From positions 7,504,001-7,568,000 of the forward strand of contig OZ249436.1 of the NCBI GenBank assembly GCA_965235115.1: DNA of 64,000 nucleotides, in the 5' to 3' direction. Source of the stretch: Laetmonice hystrix. Its lineage: Eukaryota. The stretch's first letter is position 1, and each line of letters begins with the position of its first letter. This document shows, in pieces, positions 22,734 through 32,707 of the stretch. The translations under genes and the position numbers were made by a program. The notes beneath the pieces are model-generated. The model saw nothing but the letters and a program-made list of their open reading frames with translations. It was not told where the DNA came from and ran no database searches.

Positions 22734-24317
22734 ATGTCTGAATCTTCACCATTGGTGACTAGAGAGAGTGTTGTGGGTGGGCCCACTCCAAGCTCGGAGA
22801 GTGGTGTGCCACACCCAAGCTATAATTTAAGAAGTCAACGGCCGCTCACTGAGCGTGCTATGGTGAGTGTCAACCTCCCAGGTGTGACACCTATAAGTAC
22901 TCCTGTTAGGGAGCCCCGGGTTGACCCGACCGTAACTACGGTTGGCATGGTACCTGGGGCAGGAGATGCTGAAAGCATTCCCCTGCAAAATGCAGATGGG
23001 GTTAGCAATCGGGATGGGCTGGTTACCCAGTCTATCACTAGGCCCATTGTGGCAATGCCACATATTGTTCCCATTTGCACAGTCTCCTCCAATCAGCCTA
23101 TGCACGGTACGCCCGTGACCACGAGGGCTGGCTACCATAATGATGGTAGAACTTCTGGCATCGCTCCTATCCCGAGTCAGAGTCACCTTGGAGAGATGAG
23201 ACCTGTGTCACTGGAACAGGACCGTCGTACTGGTGAACAGCACCAGAATGACAGCCGAGGGCATGACCCTATGGAGCTGATACGACAGTTATCAACCACC
23301 GTCTTGAGCTTATCTAACGAGGTTTTGGCGCTCAGGGAGCACAGGACCTCCAGTGATGCTGACATAAGCAATGGACGTCAATCTAGAAATTGTCATGGTA
23401 ACAATCCACCTGCCCGGGTATCCCTGCACTTACCAAAGTATTCTGGCCGGGGAGACTATGTAGCCTTTGAGGCGCAGTTCCAGAACGTGGCCAGACAGTG
23501 CTACTGGGACGATGAAACAAGTGCTGAGATGCTAGGGTGTGCCCTTGAGGGCACAGCCCAGAGGTACTACGCTAGGTTGCCGGTACCAAACCGTTACAAC
23601 TACCAGTGGCTCGCCTCCACTATGCGCAAGCGCTATTGTGCTCATGTTCCTGAAGTACAGCGGGAAAAATTGTTGGGCCGCACCCGCAAAGCTGGTGAAA
23701 GTATGGCCGACTTAGGTGACGACATATGGCGCTTAGTGCAAGAGTCTTATCCAGAAATGGAGTACAGTTTTCAGGAATCCATTGCACTAGACTGCCTTAA
23801 GCGTGCAGTTGACCAAGAGCTGCGGCTCAGGTTTATTGACAGAGGGGTGACGACACTGCAAGGTGCAGTGGAGGTAGCTGAGGTATATGAGTCAGTGGTG
23901 AAACGTGGTAAGCCGCCAGTGGCAGGCCAGCACAGATCAGTGAGGGCAGTGGGAATGAATGGGGATAAGAATTCCCCTGACGAGGAGTATGGCAAGACTA
24001 GCTCTAGATTAGCCAAGGTGGAACGAGATGTTAGTCAGTTGAAGAATAGCATGACAAAACTCCAGAAGACCATGGAAGGTCTTGGTCAGGCTAATGGGTC
24101 TCAAGGCAGGCCCCAGAGTAGAGGTCAGCAGCCACCAAACCATTTTGGTAGGGGTAGGCCAGATAACCGCAATTTTTCTGGTAGGCCGTATGAGGGTGCA
24201 AACAGGCCTAGTAGGGGTGAGTGTTTTAAGTGTGGCAGTAAGGATCACTGGGCAAATGAGTGTCCCCAGAGAACAGGTAGAAATCAGGGAAACGCCCCAC
24301 CACCAGGTCGAGCCTAG
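22734..24317 (+). CDS. gag: Retrotransposon Gag (capsid plus CCHC zinc knuckle), 527 aa
   Basis: Gypsy capsid pattern LPKYSGRGDYVAFEAQFQNVARQCYWDD..LGCALEGTA; coiled-coil segment; CFKCGSKDHWANEC knuckle; uninterrupted ORF. Confidence 0.92.
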   Translation: MSESSPLVTRESVVGGPTPSSESGVPHPSYNLRSQRPLTERAMVSVNLPGVTPISTPVREPRVDPTVTTVGMVPGAGDAESIPLQNADGVSNRDGLVTQSITRPIVAMPHIVPICTVSSNQPMHGTPVTTRAGYHNDGRTSGIAPIPSQSHLGEMRPVSLEQDRRTGEQHQNDSRGHDPMELIRQLSTTVLSLSNEVLALREHRTSSDADISNGRQSRNCHGNNPPARVSLHLPKYSGRGDYVAFEAQFQNVARQCYWDDETSAEMLGCALEGTAQRYYARLPVPNRYNYQWLASTMRKRYCAHVPEVQREKLLGRTRKAGESMADLGDDIWRLVQESYPEMEYSFQESIALDCLKRAVDQELRLRFIDRGVTTLQGAVEVAEVYESVVKRGKPPVAGQHRSVRAVGMNGDKNSPDEEYGKTSSRLAKVERDVSQLKNSMTKLQKTMEGLGQANGSQGRPQSRGQQPPNHFGRGRPDNRNFSGRPYEGANRPSRGECFKCGSKDHWANECPQRTGRNQGNAPPPGRA

Positions 24318-24359
24318 GCAGTTACCTGGTGGGAAGTCATGGAAAAGGAGGCCCTAGGC
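24287..24359 (+). promoter_or_regulatory. -1 ribosomal frameshift signal (G GGA AAC plus predicted pseudoknot)
   Basis: Heptamer 24287-24293 in X XXY YYZ phase with gag; stem 24300-24308/24324-24332; second pairing 24312-24318/24353-24359; the -1 frame is open into the protease ORF. Confidence 0.85.
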
Positions 24360-25411
24360 ATGGTTGTTCACCAGAAAGGGAAGTAAGGCCCAGTTCTGCT
24401 AAGGTAGAAAGTGGTATTGTTGCTTGTGCGGGAGATACCCAATCCACAGTACATGATGTTGAGCCAGGACAGGTTATTTTTAATGAGAGTGTGGCAGGTA
24501 ACGAGGGGAGTGCGAGTGAAGTACCCCCACTAGTTTCCCCTGATAATGATAGTGATAGCGAGGCTCGTGTGGAGCCAGGGTTAGTTATCTCATCAGGTGG
24601 GGAAGAGGATTCAGAAAGTCTGGATCACTCAGGATGCTGTCAGGTCACAAGTGTGACTGACGTTGTATTTGCTCGAGATGAGCAGGGCGGCAGCTGTGTG
24701 GCTGACCTACCCAGTGATTGTGTAGCCGTGGGAGCGGACACTAAAACTTTGGTTCAATGTACTGGGGGTGGGGTATCGGGTGCGAGAGCAATAGGCAGGT
24801 CTTGCTACAGGATAGGGGACGAGGGTCAGATACTGAGGGTTCGAGTAGCTGATCAGTATATTTCACTTCTGGTGGATACAGGTAGCCAAGTGTCAGTGTT
24901 GGCACGCCGGGTGTATGATGCACTACCGGATGAGTATCAGAATCTAGTAAGGACTGGGTTGTCTCTGAGAGCTGTGAATGGTTCCCCCTTTCCCGTGGAG
25001 GGAGTAGTAGAATTACCTTTGGAGGTTAGTCGAGAAAATAATGCAAGTAGTGAGACATTCCTTATAGCGGACATAGGGCAGTCCTTTGATGTGGATGGCA
25101 TCCTGGGGGTGGACATCCTAAGAGCTCATAAAGGTCAGATTGATCTAGAAAGTAATCAAGTTAGATACGATGGTGTCTGGGTCCCATGTCAGGTAGTAGA
25201 TGCCACAGAAGTGGTAACAGCTGAAGGTGTCACCATCGAGCCTGGTTGTGTGTCTTCCATGACTGTTAATTTACCAAGTTTAGAGGGCGGAGTGTCCCAG
25301 TTAGGCTTAGTTCAGCCACTAGTGAAGGTCGGAGGCGAGGGTGACCTCCTGATAGCTCAGTGCATGGTAGCCTCTAACATAGGCCGTACGTGTGTACGGC
25401 CTATCCGCTAG
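24290..25411 (+). CDS. Retroviral-type aspartic protease region of pol (-1 frame), ended early by an insertion
   Basis: ISLLVDTGSQVSVL, LRAVNGSPFPVEG and GILGVDIL motifs; the stop at 25409-25411 lies inside the inserted DNA. Confidence 0.88.
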   Translation, partial: KRPTTRSSLGSYLVGSHGKGGPRHGCSPEREVRPSSAKVESGIVACAGDTQSTVHDVEPGQVIFNESVAGNEGSASEVPPLVSPDNDSDSEARVEPGLVISSGGEEDSESLDHSGCCQVTSVTDVVFARDEQGGSCVADLPSDCVAVGADTKTLVQCTGGGVSGARAIGRSCYRIGDEGQILRVRVADQYISLLVDTGSQVSVLARRVYDALPDEYQNLVRTGLSLRAVNGSPFPVEGVVELPLEVSRENNASSETFLIADIGQSFDVDGILGVDILRAHKGQIDLESNQVRYDGVWVPCQVVDATEVVTAEGVTIEPGCVSSMTVNLPSLEGGVSQLGLVQPLVKVGGEGDLLIAQCMVASNIGRTCVRPIR

Positions 25412-26018
25412 CGAACGGGCTACGAGACCAAACGTTCTTGCGCAGAATGAATGTGCTTCCGCACCTCTTCCAACACTTCAAATAAAAGATTGCCTTTACC
25501 TTCAGCTACTGAGCCCAATGAACTTACTTGGTGTTCCTCTAAGCAACAGATCCGGCCAATTTTCCAAACCAAGCGACCACTTTCCATAGTCTTACAACCG
25601 GCGCCATTTCTGTAAATCCACATCCGGGGTCAAGCTCACGAAGGGAGCAGTCATTTCAAACGTTGGCTACTAGTTCGGCGCCATAATGGAGGAATTCCTG
25701 TTCGGTCTAGAATAATAAATGCTCCCCTGCTGGTCGCCAGTGTGCGTGTTTTGAACATGCGCAGTAGAACAAACAGTATGGCGGCTAACGGCAGTGAAAC
25801 AGCGCGATTCGCAATTTCGGAAGTCTGATTTATTAAAACTTTGGGCAAAAATCCTCGGAAAAGTGTGCAGCAGAGGAACAGAAGATGGGCTGCGTTAGAA
25901 TTGACACCTCAACTGGCAGTAGTTACGATGGATTTTGCACAGCGAGTGATTGACATCGGAGGTAGGGTTTTTCGGGTTAACGCTGTCCGTCCCTACACTG
26001 GGGACGATACTCCGTCTA
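25368..26018. mobile_element. About 650-bp non-coding insertion in pol
   Basis: Direct repeat AGTGCATGG(TAG) at 25359-25370 and 26019-26030; TAG...CTA ends; hairpins near both ends; removing 660 bp restores the pol frame (LIAQCMVDGGMRQISLTT). Confidence 0.82.
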
Positions 26019-26020
26019 AG

Positions 26021-26779
26021 TGCATGGTAGATGGGGGGATGCGTCAGATTTCACTCACCACAATTAATATGGGGAAGACACGGGTGAGTCTTCCTCCAGG
26101 TCAGATCGTGGCTCATTTGGAACCCCTAACCCCTGAGGATGAGAAAGGTATGTTGTGTAATGCCGTCAAGAAAGACGAACAGGTAGAGTTACCTGAACAT
26201 TTGCTGGAGATGTTCCAGAGAAGCTGTGAGCATTTAAATACTGATCAGGCCCTGAGGCTTCACTGCGGGGGGCGCAAGTCAACCCATTTCTCAGAGCTGT
26301 GTGGGATGGCACGTCCCGACTCCGTCCCCAACCCTGGATTTGTGGACCCCGGACGCTGCCAGCTGCCCTGGGAGCAGGGACCTGCCCCCCCTTTGGCGAC
26401 CAAGCGCCCGGCCGAGGACGCCCCCAGTCAGACGGAACAGGCCCCCACCAAGAAGGCCCGGGTGACCACCTGCCGGGATGGAGCGTCCTCCAGCATCTTC
26501 ACGCCCGTGGTGCCCGAGGGCAAGGCTGCCCTCCTCGCCTTCCTGGAGAAGTCTCGGCAGATGGTGGATGTTTGGATGAAGGCCAGCCGGACCGCCGCCG
26601 ACCGTCTGCGCGAGTTGGAGGCAGCGACTCGACGGGAAGCCGACCAAGCCCTGCGCGAGAGGGCCCGCCAACTAGAGTTTGAGCGCCGTCGAGTCTCCAA
26701 CCTGCGTGGTCAGCTGGACTCCAACCAGGACGTCGCCTGTTCCCCCCTTTCTCGTTGGGGGCGCTCCCGGTTCTTGTAG
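26021..26779 (+). pseudogene. Pol linker remnant fused in frame to the C-terminal part of a GC-rich accessory ORF
   Basis: INMGKTRVSLPPGQIVAHLEP..LPEHLLEMFQRSCEHLNTDQALRL resembles the Gypsy protease-RT linker; near 26260 GC content jumps and the frame continues into unrelated NLS-like and coiled-coil sequence. No RT motifs. Confidence 0.62.
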
Positions 26780-26805
26780 GAGCTGACATTTTTCTTCCCC
26801 CTGTT

Positions 26806-27076
26806 TTTTTAATGGTACATCGTTAGGTCTATTTTTTTTTACTGTACCCATGGCCGTTTTTAGCGGAGCCTGCTTCAGAGGGAGTGGGCTGGCCATGTTT
26901 TTGCAGTTTTTGTGACTGCCTAGTTTTTTTGTCCCCTTCCCCCCTTTTTAATGGTACATCGTTAGGTCTATTTTTTTACTGTACCCATGGCCGTTTTTAG
27001 CGGAGCCTGCTTCAGAGGGAGTGGGCTGGCCATGTTTTCGCAGTTTTTGTGACTGCCTATTTTTTTTGTCCCCTTT
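26806..27076. repeat. 139-bp tandem dimer in the 3' untranslated part of the LTR element
   Basis: aatggtacatcgttaggtcta...gtgactgcct starts at 26811 and again at 26950. Confidence 0.9.
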
Positions 27077-27768
27077 CCCTTGTTGTGCATTGTAAATGCT
27101 TTGAACTTGTCACTTGAGAAATGTCTTTTACATGTACATGTACTGGATCAGAGTAGGTGTCTACCTTTAGAGGGATGAGTGCTACTATTGTTACTGTTAG
27201 GCCTAGTAACTGCTAGTCTACACGTTTGCTTGGACTTGGTATAATGTGTATATGTCTTGTGTCTACGATGCTACTGTGTACAGTGTAGCCTAACACAATC
27301 GGTTTTATAAAGTCTAATAATATAAAGCAAGGTATGGGGCTCACCAGGTGGTTTTCAGCCTCTACGGACAGCACGTGGCCCTACCGTCTCTAGTCTGTGC
27401 ACACCAACTCCTACTCACTGTTGGGCCAAAGCGTAATCCAAAGGATGTGTCTGGTATTCCAATGTAATGCTTGTATATATTCCAACTGTTGTAATTAACC
27501 ATTGTCAGGGATGATCTAGTGATGATTAAGACTTTTTCAGGTTTGCTGTGATGTTTGGTGATCTATGAGAGGTGTCACTGTATTCACTTGTAAGGTTGTC
27601 CGGTGCCATGCCGCCGGACTGGAAACTAGGTCAGCAGCTTGACGTCATGCCACGTCATACTTTTAAGTAGGTCACCTCGTGACATTAGTCTTAAAGGGAC
27701 ACTGTATTGAGCCTTAAAGGTGCACCAGAAGAATGTATGTTGGTTAGCTCGGGACGAGCTATATTTTT

Positions 27769-27780
27769 AGAGGGGGGTAA
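27769..27780 (+). other. Polypurine tract
   Basis: AGAGGGGGG-TAA immediately before the 3' LTR, preceded by a T run and a tagctc-gggac-gagcta hairpin. Confidence 0.85.
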
Positions 27781-30229
27781 TGAGACCGCCACGGTCTCAG
27801 CGTTAGCACTGCCGGGCCTCCGCCCGCTCTGACTGCCGACGACACAGTGTACACACACCGCCCCGGCCGCCGGTCGAGGCTCCGACCGCCGCGGTGATAT
27901 AAACAACTCCCGATTTATTGTCTTTCACTGTCATACTGCTTTCACTTGCATGTATTATGATGTCAGGGTTAATACCTTTAGGAGTGGCCAGTTTTTATTT
28001 CTTTTAAAGCCACTTTAGGAAGGGTTTTAGGCTTCGGTGGAATCATGACAGTCGCTCGGTGGGTTGCGCAGCAACGGCTTGTTATGATTCGGTGGCACCG
28101 AGTCCCACCGAACCTCCACCGAGCCTCCACCGAGGTCCCACCGAAGACACCGAAGGCAGGGTCATGTGACGGCTCTAAGCCAATCAGGGCGCGTCTAGCG
28201 ACCCGGTTACTATAAAAGGGGCGTGTCTTCGGTGGCGGGAGATTCGATACTAGAGACACTAGAGCTGACAGATCGGTGTTTTAGCAAGCGGTACAACCGC
28301 CTGAAAACCTTGAGAAAGGTACGTCGGCCATGGTTCCGACAATTAGTTACACCGTTCTCGTTCGTTTGACACTTGTTACGTTGGGTTGTCTCAGTTGTTA
28401 GAATTATTTTGACTCTGGTTTAGGTGTTCAATCAGGAATGTCTGTTGGTTACCTCACCCACCCGGGCCCCGCCCACTTGACTGCCGTCCACCCATTTTAA
28501 TGTTGACAAACAATCCCTGTCGTTTGACATGGTAAGCATGCTGCATGGTAGGTCTAGAATTAGCGTTGATTGTTTGATGATGTTTAACTTTCAGGTTTAG
28601 GCCTAAGGCTAAGAGTAAGATTTAACCCTAGTTTTAACAGTGTGATATCTCATTCCACTGAGCCTGAGGGCTTACACCACAATGGTGGTGACTAACTAGT
28701 ATTAAACTAGTATTAAGCTAGAGTTAAATCATTAAAACTAGTTTTAACAGTGTGATATCCCATTCCACTGAGCCTGAGGGCTTACACCACAATGGTGGTG
28801 ACTAACTAGTAGTAAGCTAGAGTTAAATCATTAAAACTAGTTTTAACAGTGTGATATCCCATTCCACTGAGCCTGAGGGCTTACATCACAACGGTGATGA
28901 CTAACTAGTATTAAACTAGAGTTAATTAGATTAAATCATTAAAACTAGTTTTAACAGTGTGATATCTCATTCCACTGAGCCTGAGGGCTTACACCACAAT
29001 GGTGGTGACTAACTAGTATTAAACTAGAGTTAAATTAGATTAAATCATTAAAACTAGTTTTAACAGTGTGATATCTCATTCCACTGAGCCTGAGGGCTTA
29101 CATCACAACGGTGATGACTAACTAGTATTAAACTAGAGTTAAATCATTAAAACTAGTTTTAACAGTGTGATATCCCATTCCACTGAGCCTGAGGGCTTAC
29201 ATCACAACGGTGATGACTAACTAGTATTAAACTAGAGTTAAATTAGATTAAATCATTAAAACTAGTTTTAACAGTGTGATATCTCATTCCACTGAGCCTG
29301 AGGGCTTACACCACAATGGTGGTGACTAACTAGGATTAAATTAGAGTTAAACTAGCTTGGATAATTAAGCCTAGATTTAGTCCAGTGTGATACTGATCAC
29401 CTGAGGAATTACATCACTATAAGTGATGAGTCCAGTGTGATACTGATCACCTGAGGAGTTACGTCACTATAAGTGATGAGTCCAGTGTGATACTGATCAC
29501 CTGAGGAATTACATCACTATAAGTGATGAGTTATATGTTTAGTCCAGTGTGATAATTGATCACCTGAAGAATTGCATCACCATAGCCCAGGTGATGAGTT
29601 AGGGTCAATCAAGTGCACATTGGTTCGATAGGATTTCTCCCACCGGTTTTGTGTGGTCAGGGAAAGCATGATTAGGAAGTGAGATCTGATTAGAGTAGAT
29701 TAGTCTCATTAGATCTAGTTTAGCACAGGAGGTGTGTATAGCTGAAGCTAGGGTGTATTAACTATACATGTACTAGACATTGGTGAGTGTATTTGACTAC
29801 TTTGGTAGAAAACCAGGTAATGTTTAGGGGTCATTGTGTCATGGTAAGGTAATCCATGCCACAGGTACGTGTGTATTGTACATAGAGGTTAATGAAGGTA
29901 TTGTGATTACTTCCACCTGAGGACAGCAGCCAGGAGTCTACAAGAATGATGTATCGACGTCAGTAATAAAATCATTTTAATTTATACATACTGAAGTCCA
30001 GTTTTACAACCGTAGTCCAGATCCAGGATAATTCGCCCATATCCCGTTTTTATTTTTATTAAACTGCCCGCCTTGGAATCAGTGTAAAGCAGGGTATTCA
30101 CCGTTACCCTTACGCAATTAGCTTTTGGCCATAGTATAGCTACCCCACGTGTTAACAGCACAGCGTTACCATATTCCCCGTTATTTCTTTTCCCCTTCCC
30201 AAATCCCTGTCGGTCCCAGGACGGTCACA
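27781..30229 (+). repeat. 3' LTR (2449 bp), with the second hairpin-motif array at 28628-29599
   Basis: Direct repeat of 20105-22553 at offset 7676; followed by TSD GTGT. Confidence 0.96.
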
Positions 30230-31372
30230 GTGTCATTTTTCTTCAAAAATAGATTCTCTATCCAGCCATACAAATTGTTGGGATATTGGGATATCGGGAA
30301 TATGCTATTCTGTTTTCTGGGCCACCCTGTATATGACTCCTTAATTCAATATGGTGCCTTTTAATAACCGAAAACGAATTAGTTCCATAGCCATAGCAGC
30401 CCCCCCCCCCCTTATTGAGCAATTATAAATGCCTGCGTTAAATGCTCTCATTATTTCATATAAATTTACTTGTCACCGTTCTAAACTGTGCATAATGTGT
30501 CCGTTTGGGGGGCACTCATGCCCACACAACAAAATAGGCCTATATCAACACGTCACACAGCCGACAGGAAAGAAGGATTGTCTTTGAGCTGTGAACTTTG
30601 AACCCATGCCACAATTCTACACGATCCCACAATCCTGTTTCAGAGACTATTATAGCAACCAAAACCTATTGTGAGAAAATGGCTCAACGTATGATCTCAT
30701 GTATACCTGACCACACACCATTGTGGTTAACAATCTTTACCACAAGGATTCGAAAGTTTAAGGAGAAAGGCGTCAAACCACCGACCATATCCCACCCACA
30801 TACTATAGCAGATCTTGCAGTCATGACTATACACCCGTGTTAACCTATGTTTTCTGTACCGGGGAATAGCAAGGTCGGTATATATAATACATGTATTATA
30901 TAATAGGTGAACAAGTGTTCTGAAAATAAAATGCCTTGTGAAGACTGGCTCTATTATATTTAATCACGGAATCTCTGCATTTTCAATGAATCATTTCTTT
31001 GGAAACTTCATTCACATATCAATTTCCTGCACGTTTTTTTAAAGTGAAAACTTTAAAAATGCAAAACTTAAATATATTAATAATAATTATTATTACTCAA
31101 CAGAATTCATCATTACCTTTTATAACCTTTTAACTTGGATTATACGTTTAGTCGCTACAATTTAGAAGACGTATATCCGAAAGCCGTTTGGTGCCGTCCC
31201 GTTGCACACGTCCATCCGACACAGAATAGAATTTAATAATTGTGCGCACAGTTCTATCTATAGGCCTATACTCTTGAAGTTTTCACGATAGACTTCTGCC
31301 TTTGATCCATGTAGCCCTACTATATTTTCCACCGGTCGGGCCATCTATACCTTTTTACTACTCTTCCACGTA

Positions 31373-32707
31373 TTATACGTCATGAACTGATATACCTGTG
31401 TTTCCTGCTATTATGCTGGTACTAGTGGTAGGTCTACGCGCAACAGTCAATTTGCTCGAACATCCACAAATTCTCTCTAGCTTGTCAAACGCTTTGCGCA
31501 AAATACTTCGGAATGCCTCTCTAAAATTTCTTCCAGCGACGTTGTAGATGAAGAAGTCTACTCCAAAGTTCAGGTAGTAAAGATGGTAGATACAGACTAC
31601 AAGGGCTTTGTAGGGCAATGAATACTCTGGATGACTTAAAACGTCGTCAAGTGACCAATTACTGAAGCGAAAATAGTGGTATTCCTTTAGCAGTTCGTAA
31701 GGCAACCCTAACACTATGAAAGCACTTGACGAAATCACCAACATGCGTGTCATCCGGTAGTGAGATCGACGGTTTGAGGAGACCGCCTGTAAGAATCGCA
31801 CCCTGGCAGACACAGTCCTGTCTCGGCTTCCATCAACCTGGAAGTTTGTCGGCGAGGATTCTCTGGACGGTGACGCCTCCCCGAACGAACGCCCAACGCG
31901 CGCGTCTTGACGGACCAACGCGCAAATAATCCGTACGTTTAGCCCCACGGTTAGAGACGTGGGCAACAACCAGGTGAATATAAGAGTAAAGACACAGGAC
32001 CACTTAAGTATAAGTTCGTAGCCAGCTTTGGCAGTGCACTGGGGTACATCGGTGGATCCGACAACCCGACTTTCAAACATCCACAACGTTGGCGTAAAAC
32101 AAGCCAGCGCAAAAACAGCGGAGACGCCGATAAGCAGACGAGTTCTTCTTTTGGTGCACCATGTTTTACGTCGTAATGGCCAGCACGTTGCAATGTACCG
32201 TTCAGCCGTGTATCCCAAAACGTACGCTGTACTCAAGAAACTGAAGACCCCGGTGAGGTAATACGTCAGTTGACACAAAGGAAACTGCCACTGGAATACA
32301 CCAGCTCCATGTAACCATCGGACTAGTAGACACAGCAGGAATCCGGAATCCGTAAGGGCAAGGGCGGCCAGATATGAACTGCAGCTGAGTCTGCTTAACC
32401 CCGAGGCCATGTAAACGACAAGTGCGAGGGTGTTACCCGACACTCCAAGTCCCACAATGAGTGGTACCACGACGTACTGAAACCACTGCATGATGAGAAG
32501 CTCTTCAGATTGCTTTCCCAGCTCTGCACCTGGAAACATGGTCGTCTGTTCTATCCCGGCGGCTTCTTTGCTAATGCCCGATTCGTTCCGAAGTAGCGTG
32601 TAGTTAACACGAGGCGATGAACTGCCTTGGGTGGAATGCTGAAATATCGTTTCTTGTTTTTCTGTCAATTGCCAGAAAGCAGAGGTGCTTAGGTCCTGTT
32701 TCGCCAT
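31373..32707 (-). CDS. Class A (rhodopsin-like) GPCR, FMRFamide/TRH-receptor-like orphan peptide receptor, intronless
   Basis: Seven hydrophobic segments; GN (TM1), LALTD (TM2), AERYIATCWPL (TM3), ECL2 Cys, LP (TM5, TM6), LNFGVDFFIY (TM7), NFREAF helix 8. First ATG at 32707; the ORF extends to a GTG at 32755. Confidence 0.9.
   Translation of the reverse strand: MAKQDLSTSAFWQLTEKQETIFQHSTQGSSSPRVNYTLLRNESGISKEAAGIEQTTMFPGAELGKQSEELLIMQWFQYVVVPLIVGLGVSGNTLALVVYMASGLSRLSCSSYLAALALTDSGFLLCLLVRWLHGAGVFQWQFPLCQLTYYLTGVFSFLSTAYVLGYTAERYIATCWPLRRKTWCTKRRTRLLIGVSAVFALACFTPTLWMFESRVVGSTDVPQCTAKAGYELILKWSCVFTLIFTWLLPTSLTVGLNVRIICALVRQDARVGRSFGEASPSRESSPTNFQVDGSRDRTVSARVRFLQAVSSNRRSHYRMTRMLVISSSAFIVLGLPYELLKEYHYFRFSNWSLDDVLSHPEYSLPYKALVVCIYHLYYLNFGVDFFIYNVAGRNFREAFRSILRKAFDKLERICGCSSKLTVARRPTTSTSIIAGNTGISVHDV

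Larger units (their letters stand above)
20105..30229 (+). mobile_element. Non-autonomous Ty3/Gypsy LTR retrotransposon (gag-protease; RT, RNase H and integrase absent)
   Basis: Two 2449-bp TG...CA LTRs, 4-bp TSD GTGT (20101-20104, 30230-30233), PBS, PPT, gag with CCHC knuckle, DTG protease. Confidence 0.96.
19590..30329. mobile_element. Tc1/mariner-type MITE split by the LTR retrotransposon (host parts 19590-20104 and 30234-30329)
   Basis: Left end ta-CAGGGTGGCCCATAAAAACCGGAATAG; right end CTATTCTGTTTTCTGGGCCACCCTG-ta. The reconstructed empty site pairs with the internal inverted segment at about 19770-19820. Confidence 0.75.
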
